Shown here: piece by piece, positions 27,546 to 35,814 of the stretch | Numbering within the stretch: position 1 is the first letter of the stretch | Layout of the letters: each line of letters starts with the position of its first letter | NCBI GenBank assembly: GCA_963780935.1 | Contig: CAWAEM010000004.1 | Location: 816,402-880,401 of the forward strand | From: an uncultured Acidobacteriota bacterium | GTDB taxonomy: Bacteria > Acidobacteriota > Terriglobia > Acidiferrales > UBA7541 | DNA length: 64,000 nucleotides | Direction of reading: 5' to 3' | The notes under the pieces: model-generated | What the model was told of the DNA's origin: nothing | What the model saw: the letters and a program-made list of their open reading frames with translations, nothing else | Database searches by the model: none | Position numbers and translations under genes: made by a program

Positions 27546-30413
27546 CTATATGTTTCCTGCGGTACTGGCGCTTGCGGCCGCGATTTGGCCTTCAATCTCA
27601 TTCAGCGCTTCGGTACACCGCTCGCACACCGTCATGTAGCGCGCATTTTCCCCAACGTGCGTCGAATAATTCCAGCAACGCTCGCACTTCGCGCCGTCCG
27701 CCTTTTGAACCGTAATTTCCAGCGACGGCACAACCTCTGATCGATAGTTCCCCGCCTCGGCATTCAAAAAATCCACCTGCGACACGATGAACAAGCCCGG
27801 CAGCGCCGCCAGATAATGCTTCAGCTTCGTCTTCAGCTGCAGCTCCGCATGCAGGAGCACCTTCGCTTCGAGCCCGGAGTTGATCACCTTCTCGTTCCGC
27901 GCAATCTCCAGCGCCTTCAAGACTTCTCCGCGAACCTTCGCCAGCATTTCCCAGTTCGCAATTTTTTCCGCGGCCAGCCCCGTGCGCATCTCCGTTTCGT
28001 CCGGGAACAGCGCCATGTGCACGCTTTCCGCGTCCCCGCCGCTCTTCGGCAGATATTTCCAGATCTCTTCTGCCGTAAACGTCAACACCGGCGCGGCAAT
28101 CCGTACCAGCGCGCTGGTAATTTCTAGTGCCGCCGTCTGCGCCGACCTCCGCGATTTATTTTTCGCCGCCTTCGTGTACAAGCGGTCCTTCAGCATGTCG
28201 TAATAAAACGAACTCAGCTCTACCACGCAGTAATCGTGAATCGCGTGGTACACCCGGTGAAACTCATAACCCGCGTACCACTCGCGGCACTTCTTCACCA
28301 GGTCCGCCGTCCGTTCCACCATCCACCGGTCGATCTCTTCCATCTCCGCGTGCGGCACGAGGTCCGTAGCCGGATCGAACGACGACAGATTCCCGAGCGC
28401 GAATCGAAACGTATTGCGAATCTTCCGGTACGCTTCGCTGAGCTGCGTCATCACCCGCTCGCTCATCTTCACGTCCGCCTGATATTCCTGCGACGCCACC
28501 CACAACCGCAGCAAATCCGCTCCCCACTTCTCGCAAATCTCTGAGGGCAGCACCACGTTCCCCAGCGACTTAGACATCGGCCGCCCCTGCTCATCGAGCG
28601 TCCACCCGTGCGTCACCACGCCCCTGAACGGCGCGTGCCCCCGCACTCCGGTCGCCACGAGCAGCGAACTCTGAAACCATCCGCGATACTGATCCGGCCC
28701 TTCCAAATAAACATCCGCCGGCCATTCCGCGCCTTTCAACACCGCCAAATTGGACGATCCCGAATCAAACCACACATCCAGAATGTCGTTTTCCTTGCGC
28801 CATTTCCGCGCGCCGCACGTGCACTTCGTCTGCGCCGGCAGCAACTCTTCCGCCGTATGCTGATACCACGCATCCGCGCCTTCCTTCAGAAACCACTGCA
28901 AAACATTCTTCAGCGCCGCAAAATCCTCCAGCCGCGTCCCGCAAGCATCGCAATAAAAAACAATAATCGGCACGCCCCAGAATCTCTGCCGCGAGACGCA
29001 CCAGTCCGGCCGCCCTTCCACCATTTCGTAAATCCGCTCTTCGCCCCACCCCGGAATCCACTTCACGCCGTGCACTTCATCCATCGCCGACTGCCGTAAA
29101 CTTTTCGTCGCCCCATGCGCGGCGCGATCCAAATCGATGAACCACTGCTCCGTGGCGCGAAAAATCACCGGATTGTGGCAGCGCCAGCAATGCGGATAGG
29201 TGTGGCGATAGTCGTGAAGCCCCAGCAGCGCTCCATGCGCCGCCAGCAATTTCACGATGATCGGATTCGCCGTAAAAACATCTTTCCCCAAATACTCCGG
29301 CAATCCCTCGGTATAGACTCCGCGATCGTCAATCGGCGCCGCGATCTCCAGTCCATACTTCACGCCCGTACGGTAATCGTCCGCGCCATGCCCCGGCGCG
29401 GTGTGCACGATCCCGCTGCCTTGGTCGAGCGTCACGTAATCCGCGAGCACTCCTGGTACCTGCATCGGCAAGAAAGGATGTTGAAATTTCACACCCTCAA
29501 ATTCGCGCCCCTTAAACGTTCCCACCACGCGCGCTTCCGTGCTCCCCGTCTCCGCCTGCAGCGCCGCCACGCGCTCCGCCGCCAGCAGCAATCTTCCCTT
29601 CTCCGTCTCCACCACCGCATATTCAAAATCCGGATGAAACGCCAGCGCCCGATTACTCGGCAGCGTCCACGGCGTAGTCGTCCAGATCACCGCGCGCGTC
29701 CCCGCGCCCAATTTTCCCTGTGCCGCGTCGTTCTCCGCCAGCGCAAAGGTCACCCATACCGACGGACTTACGTGGTCCTCATACTCCACTTCCGCTTCCG
29801 CCAGCGCCGTGCTGTCGAACAAGCACCAATAAACCGGCTTCCTCCCGCGATACACGTAGCCTTTCTCCATAAAATCAAGAAACGCTCCCGCAATGGTCGC
29901 CTCGTACTCAAAATTCATCGTCAAATACGGCTCGTTCCACCTCCCAAAAACCCCTAGCCTCTTAAAATCCCTGCGGTGCTGATCCACATACCTCGTCGCA
30001 AACTCCCGGCACAATTTCCGAAACTCCGCTGGGGCAACTTTCCCTTTCCCTCCCAGCTCTTTCTCCACCTGCGTCTCAATCGGTAGTCCGTGGCAATCCC
30101 ACCCCGGCACGTACGGCGCGTAATGCCCCGCCATGCTCTTTGACTTCACCACTAAATCCTTCAAGATTTTATTCAGTCCCGTCCCGAGGTGAATCGTCCC
30201 TGTCGGATACGGCGGCCCGTCGTGCAGCACAAATAGGGGCTTCCCCTCGCGCACGGCCAGAATGCGCTCGTACAGTTTCGCCTCGTCCCACGCCGCCAAT
30301 TGCTTGGGCTCGTTCTGCGGCAACCCCGCCTTCATCGGGAAATCCGTCTTCGGCAGATTCAGCGTCTTTTTCAGTTCTAAAGGTTCAAGCATAAGTTGAG
30401 CGTTTTCAAACAT
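27546..30413 (-). CDS. ileS: Isoleucyl-tRNA ligase (type 1)
   Basis: HDGPPY...HLGT (HIGH), GWDCHGLPIE, GSGIVHTAPGHG, DWCVSRQR, PMSKSLGN (KMSKS), C-terminal KCERCW...CERC; alternative start 30392. Confidence 0.98.
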   Translation of the reverse strand: MFENAQLMLEPLELKKTLNLPKTDFPMKAGLPQNEPKQLAAWDEAKLYERILAVREGKPLFVLHDGPPYPTGTIHLGTGLNKILKDLVVKSKSMAGHYAPYVPGWDCHGLPIETQVEKELGGKGKVAPAEFRKLCREFATRYVDQHRRDFKRLGVFGRWNEPYLTMNFEYEATIAGAFLDFMEKGYVYRGRKPVYWCLFDSTALAEAEVEYEDHVSPSVWVTFALAENDAAQGKLGAGTRAVIWTTTPWTLPSNRALAFHPDFEYAVVETEKGRLLLAAERVAALQAETGSTEARVVGTFKGREFEGVKFQHPFLPMQVPGVLADYVTLDQGSGIVHTAPGHGADDYRTGVKYGLEIAAPIDDRGVYTEGLPEYLGKDVFTANPIIVKLLAAHGALLGLHDYRHTYPHCWRCHNPVIFRATEQWFIDLDRAAHGATKSLRQSAMDEVHGVKWIPGWGEERIYEMVEGRPDWCVSRQRFWGVPIIVFYCDACGTRLEDFAALKNVLQWFLKEGADAWYQHTAEELLPAQTKCTCGARKWRKENDILDVWFDSGSSNLAVLKGAEWPADVYLEGPDQYRGWFQSSLLVATGVRGHAPFRGVVTHGWTLDEQGRPMSKSLGNVVLPSEICEKWGADLLRLWVASQEYQADVKMSERVMTQLSEAYRKIRNTFRFALGNLSSFDPATDLVPHAEMEEIDRWMVERTADLVKKCREWYAGYEFHRVYHAIHDYCVVELSSFYYDMLKDRLYTKAAKNKSRRSAQTAALEITSALVRIAAPVLTFTAEEIWKYLPKSGGDAESVHMALFPDETEMRTGLAAEKIANWEMLAKVRGEVLKALEIARNEKVINSGLEAKVLLHAELQLKTKLKHYLAALPGLFIVSQVDFLNAEAGNYRSEVVPSLEITVQKADGAKCERCWNYSTHVGENARYMTVCERCTEALNEIEGQIAAASASTAGNI

Positions 30414-30613
30414 CTCCTCATTGGCTGGTACGTACCGCCCTGTTGTTCAGGTATCCGGCGGGAAACATCGGAAAGCGGTTGAATTCCGTATGTTACAATG
30501 AATGCAGCTTGGTGTCAGCCGCACGCCCGCGCAACCATTCTCGGGCTAGGCGAATCCTACCCAGCTTGGGACACCGAATGCAGGGTAGCTGCGTCTAAAT
30601 TCGAGGGGATACA

Positions 30614-31840
30614 GTGCCGGGTCCAATCACAACTCTTTTGCCGCCTGAATTCAACAGACCTGCCGGGTCCGCGCCCGCCGTACCCGTGCCTTCCACACTC
30701 GTCCCGAGATTTGCCGCCCCCAAACACGTCGTCTCGGACGGATTTTTCTCCAACCTCAAACAATTTCTCGTCGAGCGCCCGGTAAAACTTAACGGCGCGG
30801 TCAATTCTCCGCTCATGCCTTCGACGTACGGCGGCGGCTTCTCGGAAAATCTCAGAGAGTTCTTCAGTTCACGCCCCGTTCCAAAAGGCCCGGTTAACAG
30901 CCGTCTGGCGGTCTCCTGGGGCACCAGTTTCGGCGGCTTCGGTTACCGCATCAAAGAATTTTTCTCACCGACGAAGATGGCGCCGCTGCAAGTCACCAGC
31001 AAGCCCATCAAAGTGAAAGATATTTGGTCCAAGGACGAAAATTTTGGCTGGACGCAGATCCTCTCCGTCGGCCTCCACGTCGCCATCATGGCGTTGATCA
31101 TCGCGCCTTTCATCATGAAGCTCTCGCCCACCACGCAGGCGAAGAACCCCGTCGACGTCACTCCCATCGATATTTCCGATTACATGAGCAAGCTTCCTGC
31201 GGGCGCCGATAAAGCTGGTGGCGGGGGTGGCGGTGGTGATCGTTCGATCCTGCCTCCCACCAAGGGCAAGCCGCCTAAGTTTAAGTGGACTCAGCTCACG
31301 CCTCCCGAGGCCACTCTTAAGAATCCGGCGCCCAAGCTGCCGGTCGATCCGTCCCTACTCGGGCCTCCCGATCTCAAAGTGCAAAGCCCTAACCTGAACA
31401 ACATGGGCGATCCTATGGCCGCTTCCGTCAACTTCTCCGGCGGTTCCGGCGGTGGTGGCGGCATCGGTACGGGCGGCGATGGCGGCATTGGTAGCGGAAG
31501 CGGTGGCGGTCTTGGCCCCGGCAGCGGTGGCGGCACTGGTGGCAGCGTGTTTCGCGCTGGCACGAACGGCATCGGCCAGCCCGTTTGCATCTATTGCCCG
31601 CCTCCGGAATTTTCCGACGAGGCCCGCAAAGCCAAGTACATGGGCTCCGTCCTTCTCGACGTCACCGTCACTCCCGATGGTCGCGTCATCGATCCCGTCG
31701 TCATTACAGGTCCCGGCATGGGTCTAGACGAAAAAGCCATAGAACGTGTAAAGACCTGGAAGATGAGAGCGGCATTGGGTCCAGGTGGTAAGCCCACGAC
31801 TTGCCGCGTAACGATCGACGTTCACTTCACGCTCTTGTAA
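30614..31840 (+). CDS. Energy transducer TonB-family protein
   Basis: One TM helix, Pro- and Gly-rich linker, C-terminal PEFSDEARKAKYMGSVLLDVTVTPDG...LDEKAIERVKTWK...IDVHFTL. Confidence 0.88.
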   Translation: MPGPITTLLPPEFNRPAGSAPAVPVPSTLVPRFAAPKHVVSDGFFSNLKQFLVERPVKLNGAVNSPLMPSTYGGGFSENLREFFSSRPVPKGPVNSRLAVSWGTSFGGFGYRIKEFFSPTKMAPLQVTSKPIKVKDIWSKDENFGWTQILSVGLHVAIMALIIAPFIMKLSPTTQAKNPVDVTPIDISDYMSKLPAGADKAGGGGGGGDRSILPPTKGKPPKFKWTQLTPPEATLKNPAPKLPVDPSLLGPPDLKVQSPNLNNMGDPMAASVNFSGGSGGGGGIGTGGDGGIGSGSGGGLGPGSGGGTGGSVFRAGTNGIGQPVCIYCPPPEFSDEARKAKYMGSVLLDVTVTPDGRVIDPVVITGPGMGLDEKAIERVKTWKMRAALGPGGKPTTCRVTIDVHFTLL

Positions 31841-31951
31841 GCACGCGTGGCGCAAGCGGAAGTCCGCGCTACGTCAGTGCTCCTTCGCAGTTCACGCAAC
31901 AACTCAAAATGCCCTGCTTCTGCGCCCGGTACAATCTGCTACGATTCCCGC

Positions 31952-32815
31952 ATGCGAAAAATCACTGTCCCTTTCGTGCTGGCTCTGCTGTGCTCGTTGT
32001 CGTTTTCCTTCTCCTCCATCGCTCGCGCGCAATCGGACAAAGGCGCCATCGAACTCAACGCTCGCATCACCCCCACTGCCGCGCGCCCCGAGCCCGTTCG
32101 CCAGTTCACCTTTTATCTGCTCACCCGCAGCTACGAGGAAGTCGTCCGCGATATCGGCGCACAAAACGTTTTGCCGCCGCGCAGCGAATTTATTGACACG
32201 CTGAAAATTTCCGATCCGCTCAAAGCCTGGCTCAAGGCCCACGACATTCTCGACCTCACCATGCCCGGTCTCGATAAAGCCGTCACCGCCGACGACATCA
32301 TCAACGTCCCTGAGTTTCTCCTCGCCTACCAGCATTCCAACAGCGGCGGCGTTACCAACGGCATTCCGAAACCTAAATACAAAGACGCTGACAAGATCGA
32401 TCACCCGGACCGCTACAAAAAGGATTACCAAGACTACATAAACGCGCTGAAGCATTTCATTCAAGCCCACCCTGAAACCGTCAGCGGCATGGAGCTCGAA
32501 CTCACCGCCATCAATCCGCAAACCAAATGGGCCAGAATCGAAAGCGATAAGCGCAATGCCATCCAGCGCAAGGCCCCCGACGTCGCACAAACCAAATATC
32601 TCGTCGCCAAAGTGGACACCGATCTGGAAGGTCACGCCGCGCTCGCCGGTTTGCCTCCCGGCAATTTCTGGATCAGCACTCTTAATCTCGATGCCGATGC
32701 CGGAGACGCTCGTCTGCGCTGGGACGTTCCTGTTACCATCGAACCCGGCCACACCACTCGCGTCGACCTTACCAATCTAAACGCCATCGACGCCCACGTC
32801 GTTTCAACTCCTTAG
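31952..32815 (+). CDS. Exported hypothetical protein
   Basis: Signal peptide (MRKITVPFVLALLCSLSFSFSSIARA); C-terminal beta-rich segment (LPPGNFWIS...WDVPVTIEPG); codon pattern matches neighbours. Confidence 0.75.
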   Translation: MRKITVPFVLALLCSLSFSFSSIARAQSDKGAIELNARITPTAARPEPVRQFTFYLLTRSYEEVVRDIGAQNVLPPRSEFIDTLKISDPLKAWLKAHDILDLTMPGLDKAVTADDIINVPEFLLAYQHSNSGGVTNGIPKPKYKDADKIDHPDRYKKDYQDYINALKHFIQAHPETVSGMELELTAINPQTKWARIESDKRNAIQRKAPDVAQTKYLVAKVDTDLEGHAALAGLPPGNFWISTLNLDADAGDARLRWDVPVTIEPGHTTRVDLTNLNAIDAHVVSTP

Positions 32816-32833
32816 AATTAACCTTACTTCGCT

Positions 32834-33748
32834 ATGGGCACGCCGTTCCGCTGGGTCGCCTTCAATCTCTTTATCCTTCTTGCCGTTTGCGCGGACCTGC
32901 GTTTCATCCACCATAAGCCGCACAAAAGCTCGGTTCGCGAAGCTGCCCTCTGGAGTCTCGCGTGGATCGCCGTCTCCATCCTCTTCGGCATCGGCGTCCA
33001 CTTTTACTTTGGCGCCCCCGCCTCCCTCGAATATTTCACCGGATATCTGATCGAAAAGGCTCTTAGCGTCGACAATCTCTTTTTGTTTCTCGTAATCTTT
33101 CGCGCTTTCGCCGTCGACCCTCGCCTGCAGCAGCGCCTGTTGCAGTGGGGAGTCTTCGGCGCTCTGCTCATGCGCGGCCTCATGATTCTCGCCGGGGCCG
33201 CTCTCATCCAGCGTTTCTCCTGGATTCTCTATCTGCTCGGCGCCTTCCTCGTCTTCGTCGGCATACGCATGCTCTTCGCCAAAAAAGAAAAGATTCATCC
33301 CGAACAAAACGCCATCTTCCGCTTCGCCAACCAACACCTTCGCGTCACCCGCGACTACCAAGGCGAACACTATTTCGTCCGGCGCGCCGGTCAACTCTTC
33401 GCCACCCCACTCTTCGTCGTCCTGCTGGTCATCGAAATCACCGACATCACCCTCGCCGTAGATTCCATTCCCGCCGTCTTCGGAATCACCCGCGACCCGT
33501 TCATCGTCTACACCTCCAACGTGTTCGCTATTCTCGGTCTCCGCGCTCTCTACTTCCTCCTCGCGGGCGTCCTCGGCCGCATGCGCTATCTCACCGTAGG
33601 CCTATCCTTCGTTCTGGTTTTCATCGGCGCAAAAATCGCAGCCGAGCCGTGGCTGCACATCCCGGTGCAAATCTCCCTCGGCGCGGTTGCCGGCATATTG
33701 GCCCTCGCCATACTTGCGTCCGTCGCGGCCCAATCGGATTCCGCATAG
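32834..33748 (+). CDS. TerC/Alx-family metal-homeostasis membrane protein
   Basis: IEKALSVDNLF, DITLAVDSIPAVF, FIVYTSNVFAILGLRALYF. Confidence 0.92.
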   Translation: MGTPFRWVAFNLFILLAVCADLRFIHHKPHKSSVREAALWSLAWIAVSILFGIGVHFYFGAPASLEYFTGYLIEKALSVDNLFLFLVIFRAFAVDPRLQQRLLQWGVFGALLMRGLMILAGAALIQRFSWILYLLGAFLVFVGIRMLFAKKEKIHPEQNAIFRFANQHLRVTRDYQGEHYFVRRAGQLFATPLFVVLLVIEITDITLAVDSIPAVFGITRDPFIVYTSNVFAILGLRALYFLLAGVLGRMRYLTVGLSFVLVFIGAKIAAEPWLHIPVQISLGAVAGILALAILASVAAQSDSA

Positions 33749-33800
33749 CTTTCACTCCGGTGCTTTTCCCGCCACTTGTCGCCCCTTTCTTCCATCCAAA

Positions 33801-34001
33801 CAGCCCACTACCGTCAGCCGACCTAACTTGTCAGCTGCGTTCGTTCGGTTAGCGTGGGTGGTTCACAAGAGTGCCCAAATCTTCGGCACCAGCTCATTGC
33901 GAAATCCCCTAAACCTGCACAATCTAACCGACGCGAACCGGCGTAAAGGCTCGCGCGACAGCAAGACGTCGTTTCGGTTCACGAGGTGGGATGAAGGGCT
34001 G
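33801..34001. ncRNA. Candidate structured RNA or long irregular hairpin
   Basis: Nested complementary blocks: CAGCCC/GGGCTG, GTTCG/CGAAC, TCGGTTAG/CTAACCGA, GGTT/AACC, GTGCC/GGCAC, in a 330-bp gap between convergent genes. Confidence 0.3.
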
Positions 34002-34075
34002 GAAGAATTCCGTGCAAAAATCAGCAGTTACCGCAAATCAGCGGATGGAAATGGCTCAAACAAACGCGACTGTCC

Positions 34076-34336
34076 TCATTCCTTAACCATTTCGTCCACG
34101 TAACACCACTCCCAGCTTTCCCCCGGCTCGATCGAACGGATCACCGGATGCTTCGTGGCATGGTAGTGCTTCGTCGCATGCTTGTTCTTTGAATCGTCGC
34201 AACACCCCACATGCCCGCACGTCAGGCACAGCCGCAGGTGCACCCAGTCGTCGCCCATCTTCAGGCACTCTTCGCACCCGTCCGTATTCGGCTTCACGTT
34301 ATGCGCTTTTTTTAAATGCACACAAAGGTCGGACAT
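34076..34336 (-). CDS. UBP-type zinc finger protein (86 aa)
   Basis: CVHL...GCEECLKMGDDWVHLRLCLTCGHVGCCDDSKNKHATKH...WEWCYVDE; GAGGAG RBS before ATG 34336. Confidence 0.88.
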   Translation of the reverse strand: MSDLCVHLKKAHNVKPNTDGCEECLKMGDDWVHLRLCLTCGHVGCCDDSKNKHATKHYHATKHPVIRSIEPGESWEWCYVDEMVKE

Positions 34337-34352
34337 CGTTTCTCCTCGCGAA

Positions 34353-35792
34353 TCACAACGCGCCTTGAATCGGAATGCGCACCTGAAATCGCGTATCGCC
34401 CGGCACGGACTTGACGTTGATCTGCCCATGCATTTTTCTCACGATACGGTGTACCACATCGAGGCCCAGCCCCGTGCCCTCGCCAACGCCCTTCGTCGTG
34501 AAAAACGGCTCGAAGATCCGCGATTGCACTTCCGGCGGAATGCCCGGCCCGCTATCCCCGATCTCCACCACCACATACTCGTTTTCCCGTTTCGCGCTCA
34601 CCCGCAATTTTCCTTTGCCCTGCATTGCATCCGCGGCATTGTCGATCAGGTTGGTCCACACCTGATTCAGTTCGCTGCCATAGGCCATGATCTTCGGCAA
34701 GTCCTCGGAATACTCCCGCGTCACGGTAATGCCATGCTTCAGCTTGTGATTCATGATCGTCAGCGTGGTTTCCAGGCTGCTCTTCAAATTCACTTCCTGC
34801 GATGGTGCCTGGTCCATGTACGAATATTCCTTGATCGCTTTGATCAGCTCAGAAATGCGCGCCGTGCTGTGGTCGAGTTCAACTGCAATGCGATCCATCT
34901 CCAGCAGCGTTCCGAACCGCATCAATTCCGCGCCCACGGACGGTCCGCAGATCTTCGCAAAGCTATCGAGATGCTCGTTCGTCAAATTCCCTTCCGCCAG
35001 CATGGGGGCAAGTTTCCACGGCTCCGGCACATGATGTGCTTCCAGCCAGCTCTGAATGGCCTCTTCGCGTTCCACGCGCGTGAATTCATCCTGCTGCTCC
35101 GGCGGTCGCAGCTGCTTGCGAATCTCTTCTTCGTGCTGCGCTAGCAGATTGCAAGCTTCGGAAGTCAAATTTGACTCATGCGTCGCGGTGCGCAGCCGCT
35201 GCAAGCAATCTTTTAGTGCGCCTGCCGATCGCCGCGCCGCCGCGGAAGGGTTGTTCAATTCGTGTGCCAGGCCCGCTGACAATTTTCCGAGTGCCGCCAG
35301 TTTTTCGTTCTGCTGCTCGATGCGCGTAAAATCACGCACCCTGTCCGTCAACACGCCGATTAGTTTCTGCGCCAAGTGCGGCAACCGCTGAATCAATTCC
35401 GCGAAATTGCCGGTACGAAACGCCAGTCCGTGCAGCGCCGTTACGGCGCGCCCGGTCACCGTATAAATCTTCATGCGCGAGAACGGCAGAATACCCGTGA
35501 TGTCCCCGGAATGCGCCGTAAACACCGTGCTATCCGGCCCGCTGGCTTCGCGTCGCGCGCGCATTTCGCCTTGCAGCAGCACCAGCATGCGGTCCGCGGG
35601 TTCGCCTTCGCGCACCACGATTTCACCGGGCGCCAGGCGTATTTCTTCCGCCTTGGAGATAAACCATTCGAGTTCTTCCGTCGTTAAAATGGCAAACGCC
35701 GGCACCAGGCGCAATTGCTCGACCAGGGACAGACTGCCGGATGATTCGAGACTTTCGTTTTTCGGAGTATCGCTACCCAGACGGCCCTCCAC
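34353..35792 (-). CDS. Cytoplasmic sensor histidine kinase with N-terminal cyclic-nucleotide-binding domain
   Basis: cNMP-like VREGEPADRMLVLLQGE...GDITG; H-box LAHELNNP; N-box NLIDNA; DSGPGI; FEPFFTTK; GTGLGL; no TM helix. Confidence 0.9.
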   Translation of the reverse strand: MEGRLGSDTPKNESLESSGSLSLVEQLRLVPAFAILTTEELEWFISKAEEIRLAPGEIVVREGEPADRMLVLLQGEMRARREASGPDSTVFTAHSGDITGILPFSRMKIYTVTGRAVTALHGLAFRTGNFAELIQRLPHLAQKLIGVLTDRVRDFTRIEQQNEKLAALGKLSAGLAHELNNPSAAARRSAGALKDCLQRLRTATHESNLTSEACNLLAQHEEEIRKQLRPPEQQDEFTRVEREEAIQSWLEAHHVPEPWKLAPMLAEGNLTNEHLDSFAKICGPSVGAELMRFGTLLEMDRIAVELDHSTARISELIKAIKEYSYMDQAPSQEVNLKSSLETTLTIMNHKLKHGITVTREYSEDLPKIMAYGSELNQVWTNLIDNAADAMQGKGKLRVSAKRENEYVVVEIGDSGPGIPPEVQSRIFEPFFTTKGVGEGTGLGLDVVHRIVRKMHGQINVKSVPGDTRFQVRIPIQGAL

Positions 35793-35814
35793 GGTTTTCT
35801 GCTCGAAGCTGACT

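Noticed and set aside
30414-30613. T-box leader upstream of ileS
   Set aside because: No T-box consensus (AAGGTGGxACC) or terminator seen; the gap is a short divergent promoter region
31440-31545. GGC/GGT/AGC-rich repetitive tract
   Set aside because: Encodes the Gly/Ser-rich TonB linker; not a separate DNA repeat
32816-32833. yybP-ykoY Mn riboswitch upstream of terC
   Set aside because: Only 18 bp between the genes; no room
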